The notes below the pieces were generated by a model that searched no databases, had not been told where the DNA came from, and saw only the letters and a list, made by a program, of their open reading frames with translations. DNA of 64,000 bases from contig CAWHDR010000001.1 of NCBI GenBank assembly GCA_963828165.1, positions 608,001-672,000 on the forward strand. The letters are read 5' to 3'. Made by a program: the position numbers and the translations under genes. Of this stretch, positions 62,573 through 64,000 are shown one piece after another (within the stretch, counting starts at the first letter, position 1; each line of letters starts with the position of its first letter). The stretch comes from an uncultured Chloroflexia bacterium. GTDB taxonomy: Bacteria > Chloroflexota > Limnocylindria > Limnocylindrales > CSP1-4.

Positions 62573-63160
62573 TCAGCGCTCGCTGTCGGCCTGGGGGTCG
62601 GCCTCCGGCCGGCCGGTGAACGTGGTCGCCGGTGTGCCGACGACGTGGTCCGGGCGCGGCCCTGGGTCGCGGCGGATGTCCTCGATCGGCTCGGGGACGA
62701 GCTCACCGCCACGGACGGTCGCGCCCAGGACGATGGCCGCGGACACCAGCACCACGTTCTTGATGATGTACTGGCCTTCGAGCGTCGGAGCGAACGGGAA
62801 GATGCCGAACGTCTCGGTCGGGAACAGGAACAGCGGCGTGATCGTTCCCAGCATCTGGACGAACAGGATGAGCAGGGTGAACCGCATCCAGCGTCCGATG
62901 AACAGGCCGATCCCGATGGCCATCTCCCAGACCGCCAGGATCGGGAGCGCCACCGCGGTGGGGATCGCGCCCAGGGTGAGGGCCTCGATGGTCCGCCCGG
63001 CCAGGGTCTCGGCAGGACTGAGGCCCGGGAACAGCTTGAGGGCCCCGAACCAGAAGAAGACGATGCCCAGGGCGAAGCGCAGGAGGGTCAGCCCGTGGGC
63101 GGCCATCCATTCCGTGATGCGCCGATCGAGATGCTCGAACCAGCGCGGCGCTCTCGTCAT
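62573..63160 (-). CDS. DoxX-like membrane protein
   Basis: LRFALG.VF.WFG.LK.FP..SPAE and GQYIIKN motifs. Confidence 0.8.
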   Translation of the reverse strand: MTRAPRWFEHLDRRITEWMAAHGLTLLRFALGIVFFWFGALKLFPGLSPAETLAGRTIEALTLGAIPTAVALPILAVWEMAIGIGLFIGRWMRFTLLILFVQMLGTITPLFLFPTETFGIFPFAPTLEGQYIIKNVVLVSAAIVLGATVRGGELVPEPIEDIRRDPGPRPDHVVGTPATTFTGRPEADPQADSER

Positions 63161-63231
63161 GGTCCGCATCGCCTCCGTTGTGTGGTCGTCGGTTGTACCA
63201 CGGAACGGCGGGCGGGGCGGTGCCTGGTCAC

Positions 63232-64000
63232 CTAGGCCGTTCCGGCCTCGATCTGGCGTTTCCGACGAGCCACGAATGCATCGAGCGCCTCCGCGACAGA
63301 AGGGTCCAGCGGTGGCGGGACCGCGTCGGCCAGCAGGCGTTTCCAGATGCCGTTGGCCCGTTCCGTGGCGGTATGCGAGCCGTCCGCCTGCCACGTCTCG
63401 AAGTTGCGCCAGTCGGACACCATCGGCTCGTAGAAGGCGGTCTCGTAGCGCTCCAGCGTATGGGCCGTCCCGAAGAAATGGCCACCCGGCCCGACGTCAA
63501 CCATCGCATCGAACCCCAGGGATCCCTCGTCGACGACCATCGGCTGGAGGACCTCCGAGATCATCTGCAGGATCTCGGCGTCGACGATGAGCTTCTCGTA
63601 CGAGGCCGTCAGGCCGCCCTCGAGCCAGCCGGCTCCCTGGTACAGCAGGTTCACGCCGCCCATCACGGCGCCCCAGACCGCCATCTCGGCCTCGTACGCG
63701 GCTTGCGCGTCGACCACGTTCGAGGCGGTCGCGTTCGACGATCGCCACGGCAGCCCGTAGCGCCGCGCCATCTGGCCGCTCGCGAACTGGGATTTGACCG
63801 ACTCGGGCGTCCCGAACGCCGGTGCTCCGGTGCGCATGTCGACGTTCGAGGTGAACGCGCCGTAGACCATGGGCGCCCCCGGCCGCACGATCTGGGCCAG
63901 GGCCACGAGAAACAGCGCCTCGGCGTTCTGCTGGGCGATCGCACCAGCAAGCGAGACCGGGCTCATCGCCCCGGCCAGCGTGAATGGCGTCGCGACGACC
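63232..64000 (-). CDS. Second MttB-superfamily methyltransferase (5' end beyond the window)
   Basis: [46 protein letters not shown] and VGPGGHF motifs. Confidence 0.88.
   Translation of the reverse strand, partial: VVATPFTLAGAMSPVSLAGAIAQQNAEALFLVALAQIVRPGAPMVYGAFTSNVDMRTGAPAFGTPESVKSQFASGQMARRYGLPWRSSNATASNVVDAQAAYEAEMAVWGAVMGGVNLLYQGAGWLEGGLTASYEKLIVDAEILQMISEVLQPMVVDEGSLGFDAMVDVGPGGHFFGTAHTLERYETAFYEPMVSDWRNFETWQADGSHTATERANGIWKRLLADAVPPPLDPSVAEALDAFVARRKRQIEAGTA

Overview
A GC-rich (roughly 70%, estimated by eye) bacterial chromosomal window with about 60 genes and one tRNA-Gly(CCC). Gene content and style suggest Chloroflexota, possibly Limnocylindria; this is inference only. No integrase, transposase, prophage, CRISPR array or rRNA was found. 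The left part carries a DUF5612 gene, xth, a polyamine ABC transporter, a DmdA/GcvT-like plus Rieske demethylase pair, a beta-CASP nuclease and a fused heme A/heme O synthase. The pyrimidine genes are split into pyrR-pyrB-pyrC and an acidic ORF-pyrK-pyrD-pyrE block, and the pyrR leader contains a double PyrR-binding loop. The middle holds two ECF sigma/anti-sigma pairs, an orphan ParA coupled to a degenerate GGDEF protein, a GalT-fold protein whose catalytic His is replaced by Cys, lipB, and a CheB-CheR-PAS-kinase with a LuxR regulator. The right 20 kb is a coherent methylated-amine catabolism cluster: two MttB-family genes without pyrrolysine, a variant Amt with a coupled 75-aa membrane protein, an XRE-cupin regulator, mgsABC, a permuted soxDAGB (mgd), gmaS and dmmDABC. 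Seven apparent frameshifts, mostly single-base insertions, cluster between 8.8 and 20.6 kb and most likely reflect sequencing error.
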